Source: an uncultured Bacilli bacterium (GTDB lineage: Bacteria; Bacillota_I; Bacilli_A; RFN20; CAG-288). Taken from it: a stretch of DNA of 64,000 nt. The notes under the pieces were generated by a model, which was given only the letters and a program-made list of their open reading frames with translations, was not told where the DNA came from and searched no databases. This document shows positions 55,358-64,000 of the stretch, piece after piece; within the stretch, counting starts at the first letter, position 1; every line of letters starts with the position of its first letter. Position numbers and translations under genes: made by a program. Where the stretch lies: positions 2,802 to 66,801 of the forward strand of contig CAKVBX010000005.1 of assembly GCA_934725685.1 (NCBI GenBank), read 5' to 3'.

Positions 55358-56551
55358 ATGAAAACAATCCAGTTAAGCAAAAATCTCTACTATGTCGGTG
55401 TTGTCGACCACAATTTGAAGGTTTTCGACAGCATCATGCCCCTGACATATGGGACTTCCTATAATTCTTATCTTCTCAAGACAGAAGCGGGCGCCGTCCT
55501 CTTCGAGGGAAGCAAGCACGGATTCGAGGAGGAATATCTTTCCAATATTGCTTCCATCGTTCCGCCTTCGGAGATCCGTTATCTTGTCGTCGCCCATACC
55601 GAACCCGATCATTCCGGTGCCATCGAAGCACTGCTGAAAGCTAATCCTGAAATCATTGTCATTGCTTCTCCAAGCGGCATCAGCAACCTGAAGAACATTC
55701 TACGTTTTCCCTTCCGGAGCCAGGTGGTGACGCCCGGAAAAGAGATGAAAGTCGGTTCGTTCACTCTCCGCTTTCTCTCCGGCCTTTATCTTCACTGGCC
55801 CGACGTTCTCTTCACGGAGATAGTGGAAGAGAAGGCGATTGTCACCTGTGACGCTTTCGGCGCCCATTATGCGTTCGATGAGATTCTCTATTCGAAGTTG
55901 CAGGATGAAAAGGAATACCGCGCTGCCTTCGATTATTATTTCGCCTGCATCATGGGTCCTTATGCTTCCTATGTCCTTGAAGCGGTGAAGCGGGTCCGCG
56001 CCCTTTCTCCTTCCATGCTTTTGGTTGGACACGGCCCGGTCATCGACAAGAATGCCGCCAAGGTCATCGATGCTTTCGAAGAGGAAGCGAAGAAGTATCT
56101 GACTTCCTATGACGAGAATCATGTGACTCTGGTCTATACTACCTGCTATGGCTATACCGAGAAGATGGCCCGAATACTACGTGATGGTTTAGAAAGAAGC
56201 GGCAAGAATGTGGACTTCTACGCTATCGATGCCCTCAATTATGCAAAAAAGAAGGAAGAAATCCTGAAATCCATCTCCGGTTCCAAACTTGTTCTCTTCG
56301 GTTCTCCGACGGTCAACAATGATGCAATTTCCTATTTTTACGACCTCTTCCTCGCCAAACCAGTTACCTTCTATCAGAACCGGAAATTCTCCGCCTTTGG
56401 CGACTTCGGCTGGAGCGGTGAGGCGGTGAAGAATCTCTCCGATTTCGCACTCTCGAGAAAGATGAAAGTCATCGACGGCTTCCGTTATGCCTTCAAGATT
56501 GACGAGAGAGGAGCTCAAGAGCTTCAGAACTACCTTACGACACTTCTCTGA
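55358..56551 (+). CDS. fprA: Flavodiiron protein (FprA-type: metallo-beta-lactamase-like plus flavodoxin domains)
   Basis: 397 aa. Di-iron motif VVAHTEPDHSG (HxExDH). C-terminal flavodoxin-like LVYTTCYGYTEKMA. Confidence 0.85.
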   Translation: MKTIQLSKNLYYVGVVDHNLKVFDSIMPLTYGTSYNSYLLKTEAGAVLFEGSKHGFEEEYLSNIASIVPPSEIRYLVVAHTEPDHSGAIEALLKANPEIIVIASPSGISNLKNILRFPFRSQVVTPGKEMKVGSFTLRFLSGLYLHWPDVLFTEIVEEKAIVTCDAFGAHYAFDEILYSKLQDEKEYRAAFDYYFACIMGPYASYVLEAVKRVRALSPSMLLVGHGPVIDKNAAKVIDAFEEEAKKYLTSYDENHVTLVYTTCYGYTEKMARILRDGLERSGKNVDFYAIDALNYAKKKEEILKSISGSKLVLFGSPTVNNDAISYFYDLFLAKPVTFYQNRKFSAFGDFGWSGEAVKNLSDFALSRKMKVIDGFRYAFKIDERGAQELQNYLTTLL

Positions 56552-56562
56552 TTCATTGACAG

Positions 56563-56600
56563 AAAAAGGTTCCCACGGAATGTGAGGAACCTTTTTATTT
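56563..56600. terminator. Bidirectional intrinsic terminator
   Basis: AAAAAGGTTCC...GGAACCTTTTT hairpin. Confidence 0.8.
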
Positions 56601-56602
56601 GA

Positions 56603-57070
56603 TCAATAGAAGGTGATCATCTCGTTTTCGAAGGAACCGAAGAGGGAAACTTTCTGTTTCACCCTCATTAAGAGGGTGAGAAGCGGCTTCTCTCCGCTTG
56701 GGGTTTCGTAAAGAAAGAGGGAATACCATTTTCGGTCCGGTTTATAGATGAGGATCAGTTCTCCTTTGCTGAGCGGATTCTTGGCTAAGTCGAGGGTGAT
56801 GAAGCCGACACGGTCGAAATTGTACTCGTTTCCGGATTTGATGCCGGAGTTCTTTCTATCCTTCTCGGAAATGTCATATTCGAGAAAAATGTCTTTTCCG
56901 TATTGGCGGTCTGTCTCGATTTCCTTGGTGACGATATCGACGGCGTTGTTGGGACGGAAGGGGTAGGAATTCCTGTCGCATTTGCGCCAGAAATAATCCA
57001 CCATGTTGTCGCAGCTCAGTAGATTCGTTCTGGTCTCATAGAGATCTTCGTTTCTATCTTGCATAGCCAT
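56603..57070 (-). CDS. Hypothetical cytoplasmic protein
   Basis: 155 aa with no recognisable motif. GGAGG abuts ATG 57070, so the second ATG at 57064 may be the real start. 17 nt downstream of glpQ. Confidence 0.5.
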   Translation of the reverse strand: MAMQDRNEDLYETRTNLLSCDNMVDYFWRKCDRNSYPFRPNNAVDIVTKEIETDRQYGKDIFLEYDISEKDRKNSGIKSGNEYNFDRVGFITLDLAKNPLSKGELILIYKPDRKWYSLFLYETPSGEKPLLTLLMRVKQKVSLFGSFENEMITFY

Positions 57071-57087
57071 CCTCCTTTCGTGGGCAA

Positions 57088-57825
57088 TTAACGTTTGGAA
57101 AGCTCTTCTTTGATGAATTCCGGATCAATGTGTTGGAAAGTCACGGTATCGAAGCGATCCTTATAGCGGAGGAAATCCTCCTTCGATTCCATCGTCCAGA
57201 CATTGACATAGTGCTTTTTCTGATAGCGGATGATCTTTTTCTGATTGAGGGCGTGATAATCGATGTCGATGGCTTCGAAGAAGTGGCGGAGGACATGAAT
57301 CCATTTGTATTTTCCGCCAGCGACTAAAAGAAGCTGCCGCATGAAACCAGAGTTCTTGAAAGGCGTGAGGGCACGCGGATCGAAGGAGATGAGGATGATG
57401 TTTTTCTTATCCTTGATCATCCCGAGGTCTTCTTTGACACGGGCGGCGAGTTTCTTCTGGTTTCTTTGCCAGACCTTGAGCTCGACGACAATCGGAATCT
57501 CCTCGTTGATGGCCGTGAAGACATCCTTCAGGGTAGAGAGTTCCTCTCCGTCGCGGAGACGATAGTTCTCCTTGATTTCCTTTATGGTCATTTCCTCGAT
57601 GATACCCGGCTTTCCAGTGGTCCGAATGAGGTCGGAATCGTGGCAGACGATAAGATCGTTGTCTTTGGTGAGATGGACATCGAGTTCGATTGCCATGTGA
57701 TGTGCCTTTGCATTGAGGAAGGCTTTCATGCCGTTTTCGGTGAATTCCTCATTGTGGAGGCCACGATGGCAGATACCCTGATTGAATATCGGATTGACGG
57801 ACTGAAGATACTTTTCTTTTTTCAT
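57088..57825 (-). CDS. glpQ: Glycerophosphodiester phosphodiesterase
   Basis: 245 aa. ICHRGLHNE, ENGMKAF, IELDVHLTKDNDLIVCHD. Confidence 0.85.
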   Translation of the reverse strand: MKKEKYLQSVNPIFNQGICHRGLHNEEFTENGMKAFLNAKAHHMAIELDVHLTKDNDLIVCHDSDLIRTTGKPGIIEEMTIKEIKENYRLRDGEELSTLKDVFTAINEEIPIVVELKVWQRNQKKLAARVKEDLGMIKDKKNIILISFDPRALTPFKNSGFMRQLLLVAGGKYKWIHVLRHFFEAIDIDYHALNQKKIIRYQKKHYVNVWTMESKEDFLRYKDRFDTVTFQHIDPEFIKEELSKR

Positions 57826-57858
57826 TGTGGTATTGATGTCGCTTTCCCATCTATTATA

Positions 57859-59271
57859 TCAGTCTTCCTGGTCGAAGGCTTCGAGACCTTTGGCAATTTT
57901 CGTCTTCTTGGTCTTCACATTCGGAATGAAGAGGAAGATGGCAAGGGAGATGGTGAGGCAGATGCCGGCATAGACAGGGAGATAGCCGAAGTTGAAGGTA
58001 GGATTGAGCAAAAGGAGGCCTAAGAGAACCGGTGTGATAGTCTGTGCGGCCATGGAGGAAGCGTAATAGTATCCGGTGAAACGGCCGATACGGCTGGAGG
58101 GGCAGAGTTCGACGACCATCGGGAAGGAGTTGACGTGGACTAAAGACATACCGAAGCCCTTGACGAGCCAGATGACATAGATCGGCCAGGGGAAGACACC
58201 GGCACCGGCGGCTCCTTTGAGCACCGTGAAGGTGAGAACAATCCAGATTGCATAGGAGAGAAGGGTAATGGAGAGACCGGAGACGAGGGTCCATTTCCGG
58301 CCGATTTTCGAAGCGATGATTCCGCCCAAGGCGAAACCGATGACACTGCCGATACCGCCCATGATGATGTTGAGGGAGTTGGAGCGGGTGGAAGCCTGAA
58401 GATAATAGATGGTATAGTTGCCCATGAAGGTTCCGATGCCGTTGTCGGCCATGAACCAGAAGAATTCCGCTGCGAGAATGAGGATGAGCATCATCTTGTT
58501 GGCTTTGCTCATATGGCCGTCCTCTTCGACTTTGTTGACGACTTCCGCCATTTCTTCTCCGCGTTTCATCTCGTCCTTCATCTCTTCTTCGATTTTGTTT
58601 TCCTTGATGGTGAAGAAGAGGACGAGGGCCGAAATCAGCATGAGGACACTTGCAATGAGGAACGGTGCCTCAATGGTCCAGATATTGCGGCTCTCTTCCG
58701 GGTCCTTGAGATAACTGGAGAGAACGAAAACCATTCCGACGACCGTGGCGAAGAATCCGCCGATATATCCCATGATGTTGATGATGCCGTTGGCTTTGGA
58801 ACGGAGCGGTTTCGGGGTGATGTCAGGCATGAGGGCGACGGCGGGATTGCGGTACATCATGGCGAAGACGACGACGATAAACATCATAATGAGCATACCG
58901 ACGAGATTATTGTAGTGGAAGAAGACGGGGACAAAGGGGAAGGCGACAGCGCAGACGAAGGTTCCGACAAGAATGTACGGCATACGTTTTCCGATTTTCG
59001 TATGGGTCTTGTCGGAGAGATGTCCGAAAATCGGAAGCAGGATGAGGGCGGCGAGATTGTCAATCGCCATCATGATGCCGACGAGATACTGCACTTCATT
59101 TTCGTTGTCGGTGTTGAGGGCTTTCTTGAACATTTCGCTCAAGAAGGTCGGACACCAGGAGTCATAGACTTGCCAGAGAAGTAGAATGCCGAAAAAGGCG
59201 AAGCCGATCAGAAAGACCCGCTTGTAGTTCAGCTTCAGCGGCTTTTCTTCGGTTTCAGGGATGTTTTCCAT
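57859..59271 (-). CDS. MFS transporter (GPH-like, 12 TM)
   Basis: 470 aa from ATG 59271 (MENIPETEEK...; GAGG 9 nt upstream). The ORF-track start is a GTG extension. There is a central charged loop (EEEMKDEMKRGEEMAE). Confidence 0.8.
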   Translation of the reverse strand: MENIPETEEKPLKLNYKRVFLIGFAFFGILLLWQVYDSWCPTFLSEMFKKALNTDNENEVQYLVGIMMAIDNLAALILLPIFGHLSDKTHTKIGKRMPYILVGTFVCAVAFPFVPVFFHYNNLVGMLIMMFIVVVFAMMYRNPAVALMPDITPKPLRSKANGIINIMGYIGGFFATVVGMVFVLSSYLKDPEESRNIWTIEAPFLIASVLMLISALVLFFTIKENKIEEEMKDEMKRGEEMAEVVNKVEEDGHMSKANKMMLILILAAEFFWFMADNGIGTFMGNYTIYYLQASTRSNSLNIIMGGIGSVIGFALGGIIASKIGRKWTLVSGLSITLLSYAIWIVLTFTVLKGAAGAGVFPWPIYVIWLVKGFGMSLVHVNSFPMVVELCPSSRIGRFTGYYYASSMAAQTITPVLLGLLLLNPTFNFGYLPVYAGICLTISLAIFLFIPNVKTKKTKIAKGLEAFDQED

Positions 59272-59456
59272 ATTTGTTTTCCTCACTAGTCTTATCTTAA
59301 CGCTTGAAAAATCGAAAAGCTATAGGATTTCATTTTTCTTTACATTTAATGAAAATATTGTACATTTTCTCTTTGAATGCGCTTTCTTTTCTTGAGACAC
59401 AATGGTTTCCTTCTCTTTCTCTTTTTCTCCCCTTTTCCAAATGGTAAGATGTAGAT

Positions 59457-60275
59457 ATGAATGATATTTTTGGGAAAGACCTTACGTCCTTAAAGAACAA
59501 GAAGATTTATCTTCTCGATATGGATGGAACCATTTATCTCGGAAACCGTCTCTTTGATGAAACCCTTCCGTTTTTACGGAGAATCAAAGCGAAAGGCGGA
59601 AGATACCTCTTCATCACCAACAACTCCTCCAAGTCCGTCACTTCCTATGTGGAAAAACTGAAGCGGCTCGGGATTGCGGATGCCAAAGAGGCGGACTTTT
59701 TCACCTCGGCTCAGGCCGCCGAACTGCTCCTGAAAGAACAGTTTCCCCATCAGTTGATCTATGTTCAGGGAACCCATTCTTTTGTGGACGGATTGAAAAA
59801 AGCCAGTATCTCGGTCACGGAATCCTACTCTGACGAGGCAAAAGCAATCTTTTTGGGATTCGATAGTGAGCTGACCATGGAAAAACTCGAGACCACTGCG
59901 AAAATGCTCACCTTCCATCCTAACATTCCCTATTTTGCCACAAATCCCGATTGGGTCTGCCCGACGGAATGGGGTTATGTTCCCGATTGCGGCTCAATGT
60001 GCTTCGGACTGGAGAAAGCGACAGGAAGAAAACCCTATTTCATCGGAAAGCCTGAGAAGACCATGGTGGAAATCGCCTTAAGAAAGAACGGCTATCGGAA
60101 AGAGGATGCCCTTGTCATCGGAGACCGTCTCTACACTGATATCGCAAGCGGTAACAATGCCGGCGTCACGACAGTCTGTGTTCTTACCGGAGAGGTGAAG
60201 AAAGCGGAAGTGCTCCAAGCAACGGGAGTAGAACGGCCCACCTATCTTGTGGAGAATCTCTCCTCTGTGGAGTAG
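59457..60275 (+). CDS. HAD-IIA phosphatase (NagD/AraL-like)
   Basis: 272 aa. YLLDMDGTIYLG motif I. ITNNSS, GKP and GDRLYTDI motifs. Confidence 0.85.
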   Translation: MNDIFGKDLTSLKNKKIYLLDMDGTIYLGNRLFDETLPFLRRIKAKGGRYLFITNNSSKSVTSYVEKLKRLGIADAKEADFFTSAQAAELLLKEQFPHQLIYVQGTHSFVDGLKKASISVTESYSDEAKAIFLGFDSELTMEKLETTAKMLTFHPNIPYFATNPDWVCPTEWGYVPDCGSMCFGLEKATGRKPYFIGKPEKTMVEIALRKNGYRKEDALVIGDRLYTDIASGNNAGVTTVCVLTGEVKKAEVLQATGVERPTYLVENLSSVE

Positions 60276-60300
60276 ACAATCCAGAAAATTAGTGTATACT
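60273..60300 (+). promoter_or_regulatory. Candidate pepC promoter (contains 17-mer copy 2 at 60286-60302)
   Basis: TAGACA, 16-nt spacer, TATACT, about 30 nt before the ATG. Confidence 0.5.
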
Positions 60301-60331
60301 AACTTTATAGTGCTTTTGAAAGGAGAAAACC

Positions 60332-61669
60332 ATGAAAGAATACATTAGAAAAGAGGAACTCAGCAAAGTGAGAGAGAACTATCTTAAGGACAGCAAACAG
60401 ACGGTCCTCCGCCATGCCCTCTCCTCGGTCGGTATGGACAAAGTCGTCGCTTCCAAGGATGTGCCTGAAAACAGCAATTTCACGTTCAGCGTGGACATCA
60501 AGACCCTGCCGGTCTCCAATCAGAAGCGCTCTGGACGCTGTTGGATTTTCTCCGCTTCCACCGTGCTCCGTGAAATCATCGCCAGAAAACTGAACATTGC
60601 GGACCAGTTCGAAATCTCCCAGAACTTCATTTCCTACTATGACAAGCTTGAAAAGTACAATTACTATATGGAAAATGTGCTCCGCCTCATTCTCAAAGGC
60701 GAAGAGAAGCATTCCAGAAGAATGGATTTCCTTCTTGCATCCGGTGTCAGCGACGGCGGGCAGTGGCAGATGTACGTCAACCTTGTGAAGAAATACGGCA
60801 TTGTCCCCAAAGCCGTCTTCCCGGAGACGGCACAGAGCGAAGAGACAAGATTTTCTTCTTCCTTAGCGAATGCGGCTCTCCGCAAGTTCGCTGCCGAAGT
60901 CTACAAGAGAAAAGACGAAGGCATCGATGCCCTCCATGCGCTCAAGAGCGAATATATGGAGAAAATCTATGCCCTTTTCACCTCCTGCTTCGGTGTGCCA
61001 CCGGAAACCTTCGACTTCGAATATAAGGACAAAGACGGACAATATCATCTTCTCAAAGGAATGACACCGAAGTCCTTCTTCGACGAATATGTCGGCGACG
61101 AAATCGATGAGTATGTCTCTCTGATCAATGCTCCGACTGACGATAAGGAATTCAATCAGACCTATCATGTCGAACTTGTCGGCAATGTCTTGGACGGAAA
61201 GGAAATCACCCATCTGAATCTTCCCTTCGAACGTCTGGAGGAACTCATCATCGCCCAACTCGAGGCCGGCGAAATCGTCTGGTTCGGCAGCGATGTCTCC
61301 TATTACGGCGAACGCGACAAGGGCGTCTGGGATGAAGATTCCTTTGACTATGAGACACCTTTCGGCTTCGATCTTGCCTTCGACAAGGCCGACATGCTCG
61401 ACTTCTCCAACTCCATGATGAATCATGCCATGGTCCTGACTGGTGTCGATCTCTACGAAGGCAAGCCAATCCGCTGGAAGATTGAGAATTCCTGGGGAGC
61501 GGAAAACGGAAACCAAGGATACTATATCATGTCGGAATCCTTCTTCCGTCATTTCGTCTATCAGGCCGCCATCAAAGAGAAATATCTGAACGAGGAAGAG
61601 AAGGATGCCCTGAGGAAAGAGGCTGTCACTTTGGCACCCTGGGATCCTTTCGGAACCCTCGCGGATTGA
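60332..61669 (+). CDS. pepC: Aminopeptidase C (bleomycin-hydrolase-type C1 cysteine peptidase)
   Basis: 445 aa. QKRSGRCWIFS catalytic Cys. NHAMVLTGVD His. ENSWG. Confidence 0.9.
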   Translation: MKEYIRKEELSKVRENYLKDSKQTVLRHALSSVGMDKVVASKDVPENSNFTFSVDIKTLPVSNQKRSGRCWIFSASTVLREIIARKLNIADQFEISQNFISYYDKLEKYNYYMENVLRLILKGEEKHSRRMDFLLASGVSDGGQWQMYVNLVKKYGIVPKAVFPETAQSEETRFSSSLANAALRKFAAEVYKRKDEGIDALHALKSEYMEKIYALFTSCFGVPPETFDFEYKDKDGQYHLLKGMTPKSFFDEYVGDEIDEYVSLINAPTDDKEFNQTYHVELVGNVLDGKEITHLNLPFERLEELIIAQLEAGEIVWFGSDVSYYGERDKGVWDEDSFDYETPFGFDLAFDKADMLDFSNSMMNHAMVLTGVDLYEGKPIRWKIENSWGAENGNQGYYIMSESFFRHFVYQAAIKEKYLNEEEKDALRKEAVTLAPWDPFGTLAD

Positions 61670-61682
61670 AAGGGGACTCGTT

Positions 61683-62249
61683 ATGCACCAGCTTATCGAT
61701 AAGAAACAGGGGCTTTTCCCCATGCCGGTCCTTCTGATTTCGACCTACAACGAGGACGGCAGTGTCGATACGATGAATGCAGCCTGGGGAACCTTGGAAG
61801 ATACGGATGTCATTCTTCTTGAACTTACACGGGACCATAAGACCTCTGAGAATATCCTGAGAGAAAAATGCTTTACGGTTGCCCCAGCGACGATAGAACA
61901 CATCAGGGAAGCCGATTACTTCGGTCTCGTAAGCGGAAATGAGGTGAAAGACAAGTTTGCAAAGTCCGGACTTCACAGCCATGATGCCGGAATCCTCCAT
62001 GCACCGGTCATCGATGAATATCCTCTCTCGATGGTCTGTGAGGTCGTGCGGGTCGATGAGACAAACGGTGACTTCGCCGTCTACGGAAAAATCGTTTCTC
62101 TATCCGTTGATGATTCTATTCGGAATGAGAACGGTGCCATTGACGCGAAGCGCTGCCGCTTTGTCTCTTACTTTCCCATCGATCATTCCTATCGGCTCGT
62201 GGAAGAAAAGGTTGCTGACGCCTTCCGGGTCGGAAAAACATTGAAATAG
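61683..62249 (+). CDS. Flavin reductase-like (split-barrel FMN-binding) protein
   Basis: 188 aa. PMPVLLISTYNEDGSVDTMNAAWG is typical of the family. Confidence 0.8.
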   Translation: MHQLIDKKQGLFPMPVLLISTYNEDGSVDTMNAAWGTLEDTDVILLELTRDHKTSENILREKCFTVAPATIEHIREADYFGLVSGNEVKDKFAKSGLHSHDAGILHAPVIDEYPLSMVCEVVRVDETNGDFAVYGKIVSLSVDDSIRNENGAIDAKRCRFVSYFPIDHSYRLVEEKVADAFRVGKTLK

Positions 62250-62257
62250 CCATGTTT

Positions 62258-62290
62258 TCTGCCGTGAATTCAAAATTCACGGCAGATTTT
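62258..62290 (+). terminator. Intrinsic terminator
   Basis: 13-bp perfect stem TCTGCCGTGAATT/AATTCACGGCAGA followed by T4. Confidence 0.8.
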
Positions 62291-62330
62291 GCGCAAAATG
62301 CTTAATTTCCTTAAGTAAATCTTGCACATG

Positions 62331-62339
62331 TGGTATAAT
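62331..62339 (+). promoter_or_regulatory. Extended -10 element upstream of degV
   Basis: TGgTATAAT. Confidence 0.45.
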
Positions 62340-62411
62340 AACTTTAGTGTGCGTGCTATTCTGTTTTGAAACCTATTTTTTACACGCCTCTATACTTTGG
62401 AGGTATTGAAC

Positions 62412-63245
62412 ATGAAGTATAAAATCATTGTCGACTCGATGAGCAATCTCACCAACCAGGATGTGCTCTCGGAGGACGTTCCGGTTTCTGTCGTTCCGCT
62501 TTCGCTTCGCATCAACGGAAAAGACTATGTCGATGACGGAAGCGAGAAAGTCGAAGATATCATGAAGCTCATTTCCGCGGAAAAGAAAATCGAATCCTCG
62601 ACCGGATGCCCGAGTCCGAAGGCCTTTCTCGATGAGATGACCGGCGCTGACCGCTATATCGTTATCACCATCTCCCAGAAGGTTTCCGGATCCTACAATT
62701 CCGCCTGCCTTGCAAAATCCATGCTGGAGAATCCGGATTCCTGCTTTGTCCTCGATTCCATGTCTGACTGCGGGGTCATTGAGCTTCTCGCGAGAAAAGC
62801 CATTGACCTCATCCATGGCGGAAAAGATTTCGATGAAATCTGCAGAGAGGTGGAAGCCTATCGTTCTGAAGTTAACATTCTCTTCATCATCAACAAGTTT
62901 GATTCTTTGATCCGTACCGGAAGAGTATCCAAGCTCGTCGCTTCCATCGCCTCGATTCTCAAAATCAAGCCGCTTGGTATTGCCAAGGGCGGGGAAATCC
63001 GTATCCAGGAAAAGGTCCGCACCATCGAGGGAACTGTAAAGCGTCTCATCGTGAACATTGAAAAGTTCTGTGCGAATACCCAAGACCGCATCTGCGTCAT
63101 CTCGCATACACTCAACTTGACGAGTGCCCTTAATGTCAAGAAGCTGATTGAAGAAAAGTATCATTTCAAGGAAATCATCATCCGTGAGAATCGCCTCGTG
63201 AATTCTTATTACGCTTTAGAAGGCTGTGTCATGGTTTCCTTCTGA
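62412..63245 (+). CDS. degV: DegV-family fatty-acid-binding protein
   Basis: 277 aa from ATG 62412 (MKYKIIVDSMSNL; SD GGAGG). TSTGCPSP and ITISQKVSGSYNSA blocks. Confidence 0.88.
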   Translation: MKYKIIVDSMSNLTNQDVLSEDVPVSVVPLSLRINGKDYVDDGSEKVEDIMKLISAEKKIESSTGCPSPKAFLDEMTGADRYIVITISQKVSGSYNSACLAKSMLENPDSCFVLDSMSDCGVIELLARKAIDLIHGGKDFDEICREVEAYRSEVNILFIINKFDSLIRTGRVSKLVASIASILKIKPLGIAKGGEIRIQEKVRTIEGTVKRLIVNIEKFCANTQDRICVISHTLNLTSALNVKKLIEEKYHFKEIIIRENRLVNSYYALEGCVMVSF

Positions 63246-63250
63246 TAGAC

Positions 63251-63281
63251 AAAAGGCCGGGAAAGTCCCCGACCTTTTTTT
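63251..63281. terminator. Probable bidirectional terminator
   Basis: A4, imperfect GGCCGGG/CCCCGACC hairpin, T7. Confidence 0.5.
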
Positions 63282-63296
63282 GTTGTTACATCGATA

Positions 63297-64000
63297 TTAT
63301 CGCCCTCCAGGACCGCCACCCGGTCCTCCTGGCCGTTGTCCGTTACCTCCGGTCTCACCGGTTAATCCTTTGACGATGTCGAGTGTGGTGACGTCCTCCC
63401 CTCCGGTTCCTAGAACGGAACCTGTATAGAAGTTGTTGATGTAATTGCCCTGTTTTTCGATTCCCTTCTTTATGGTTAGAGTCTTTCCGGTCTCCAAGTC
63501 TGGAGTAGAGAGAATAACCTGAAGATTATTCATCTGTTTGGGTAAGATTGCACTGTACTCCATGCTTCCGACAAAGAGGGAAACGGCATCCCCTTGCTGA
63601 TAGGAACCGATAGTTGCAATTGCCGCATTGACCGACGTTGTGTCTGGCACTTCGTTCATGCCAGCGACTGCCATGGCGAAGATGAGCCCACCGGTGTGCG
63701 TGAACGTGTCGTCGAAGTCTAAAGCACCATTTCCGCCGTTGGAAGGGCCGAAGACAAAAAGCTCTCCGCCGTCCATCGTGATGGTTCCGTTAGAATCGAT
63801 TCCGTCCCCTTCTGCATTGACATAGACGGTTGCAAATTCATGGAAGTTCATGGAAGGAGATGACTCCGTGTCTGTGGTCGCGTTGATGCCGTCATCCGAA
63901 CTGACGATATAGGTATGACCATCATAGAAGTCGATGCTCTCTCCCTGGATACCTTCATAGGAAGCGAAAATCTTGATCCGGAAATCTTCATTCTTCTGCG
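63297..64000 (-). CDS. C-terminal part of a secreted beta-helix-like protein (Cthe_2159-like 'carbohydrate-binding domain-containing protein'), truncated by the window edge
   Basis: The frame stays open upstream of Met 63851 to the window end (...ATTDTESSPSMNFHEF...). Repeated GDGIDSNG / SSDDGI-type turns. Gly/Pro tail GGNGQRPGGPGGGPGGR. Confidence 0.5.
   Translation of the reverse strand, partial: QKNEDFRIKIFASYEGIQGESIDFYDGHTYIVSSDDGINATTDTESSPSMNFHEFATVYVNAEGDGIDSNGTITMDGGELFVFGPSNGGNGALDFDDTFTHTGGLIFAMAVAGMNEVPDTTSVNAAIATIGSYQQGDAVSLFVGSMEYSAILPKQMNNLQVILSTPDLETGKTLTIKKGIEKQGNYINNFYTGSVLGTGGEDVTTLDIVKGLTGETGGNGQRPGGPGGGPGGR

Noticed and set aside
63226-63429. Plus-strand ORF encoding PPGPPPGPPG.
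   Set aside because: It is the antisense reading of the Gly/Pro tail (GGPGGGPGGR) of the minus-strand secreted protein, and it begins inside the degV terminator region.
1-64000. Search for CRISPR arrays, IS elements or transposases, integrases, phage genes and defence-system-like ATPase/nuclease clusters.
   Set aside because: I saw no regularly spaced direct repeats and no ORF with transposase, recombinase or phage signatures. No compositionally distinct island is present, apart from two AT-rich intergenic regions. The window looks like core chromosome.

Overview
64-kb chromosomal segment of a compact, moderate-GC Bacillota (Firmicutes)-type genome. It uses the standard code, since TGA acts as a stop at proS and in ATGA overlaps. 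By inference it comes from an Erysipelotrichia/Mollicutes-related lineage with a reduced genome: there are many short or overlapping gene junctions, 9 lipobox lipoproteins, and no recognisable transcription-factor gene in the window. I can support about 57 CDS, 2 tRNAs, and many intrinsic terminators and sigma-70-like promoters. I found no rRNA, CRISPR, transposase, integrase or phage genes.

Content:
- Housekeeping genes: proS, acpP, gpmA, ppiB, holA, rpsT, deoC, rnj, xth, fba, ybaK, fmt, pepC.
- Agmatine-to-putrescine genes aguA and aguB.
- A BMP-type nucleoside ABC transporter.
- A maltodextrin operon: malQ, malE, malF, malG, a GH13 lipoprotein and msmK.
- A glpQ-MFS unit, a flavodiiron protein, and several unknown surface lipoproteins.

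Most interesting observations:
1. A tight operon joining an enoate/2,4-dienoyl-CoA-reductase-type flavoenzyme to a split aconitase-X dehydratase, with no known pathway context.
2. A YjjI/YjjW glycyl-radical enzyme pair of unknown chemistry.
3. An MsmK-type ABC ATPase with a roughly 470-aa extension (extra TOBE-like modules plus a long charged coiled-coil), followed by two unknown lipoproteins in the same operon.
4. Two paralogous giant lipoproteins.
5. A doubly degenerate GGDEF/EAL membrane protein translationally coupled to proS.
6. A tRNA-Asn with C at both invariant U33 and U55.

All family calls come from reading motifs by eye. No database search was run.
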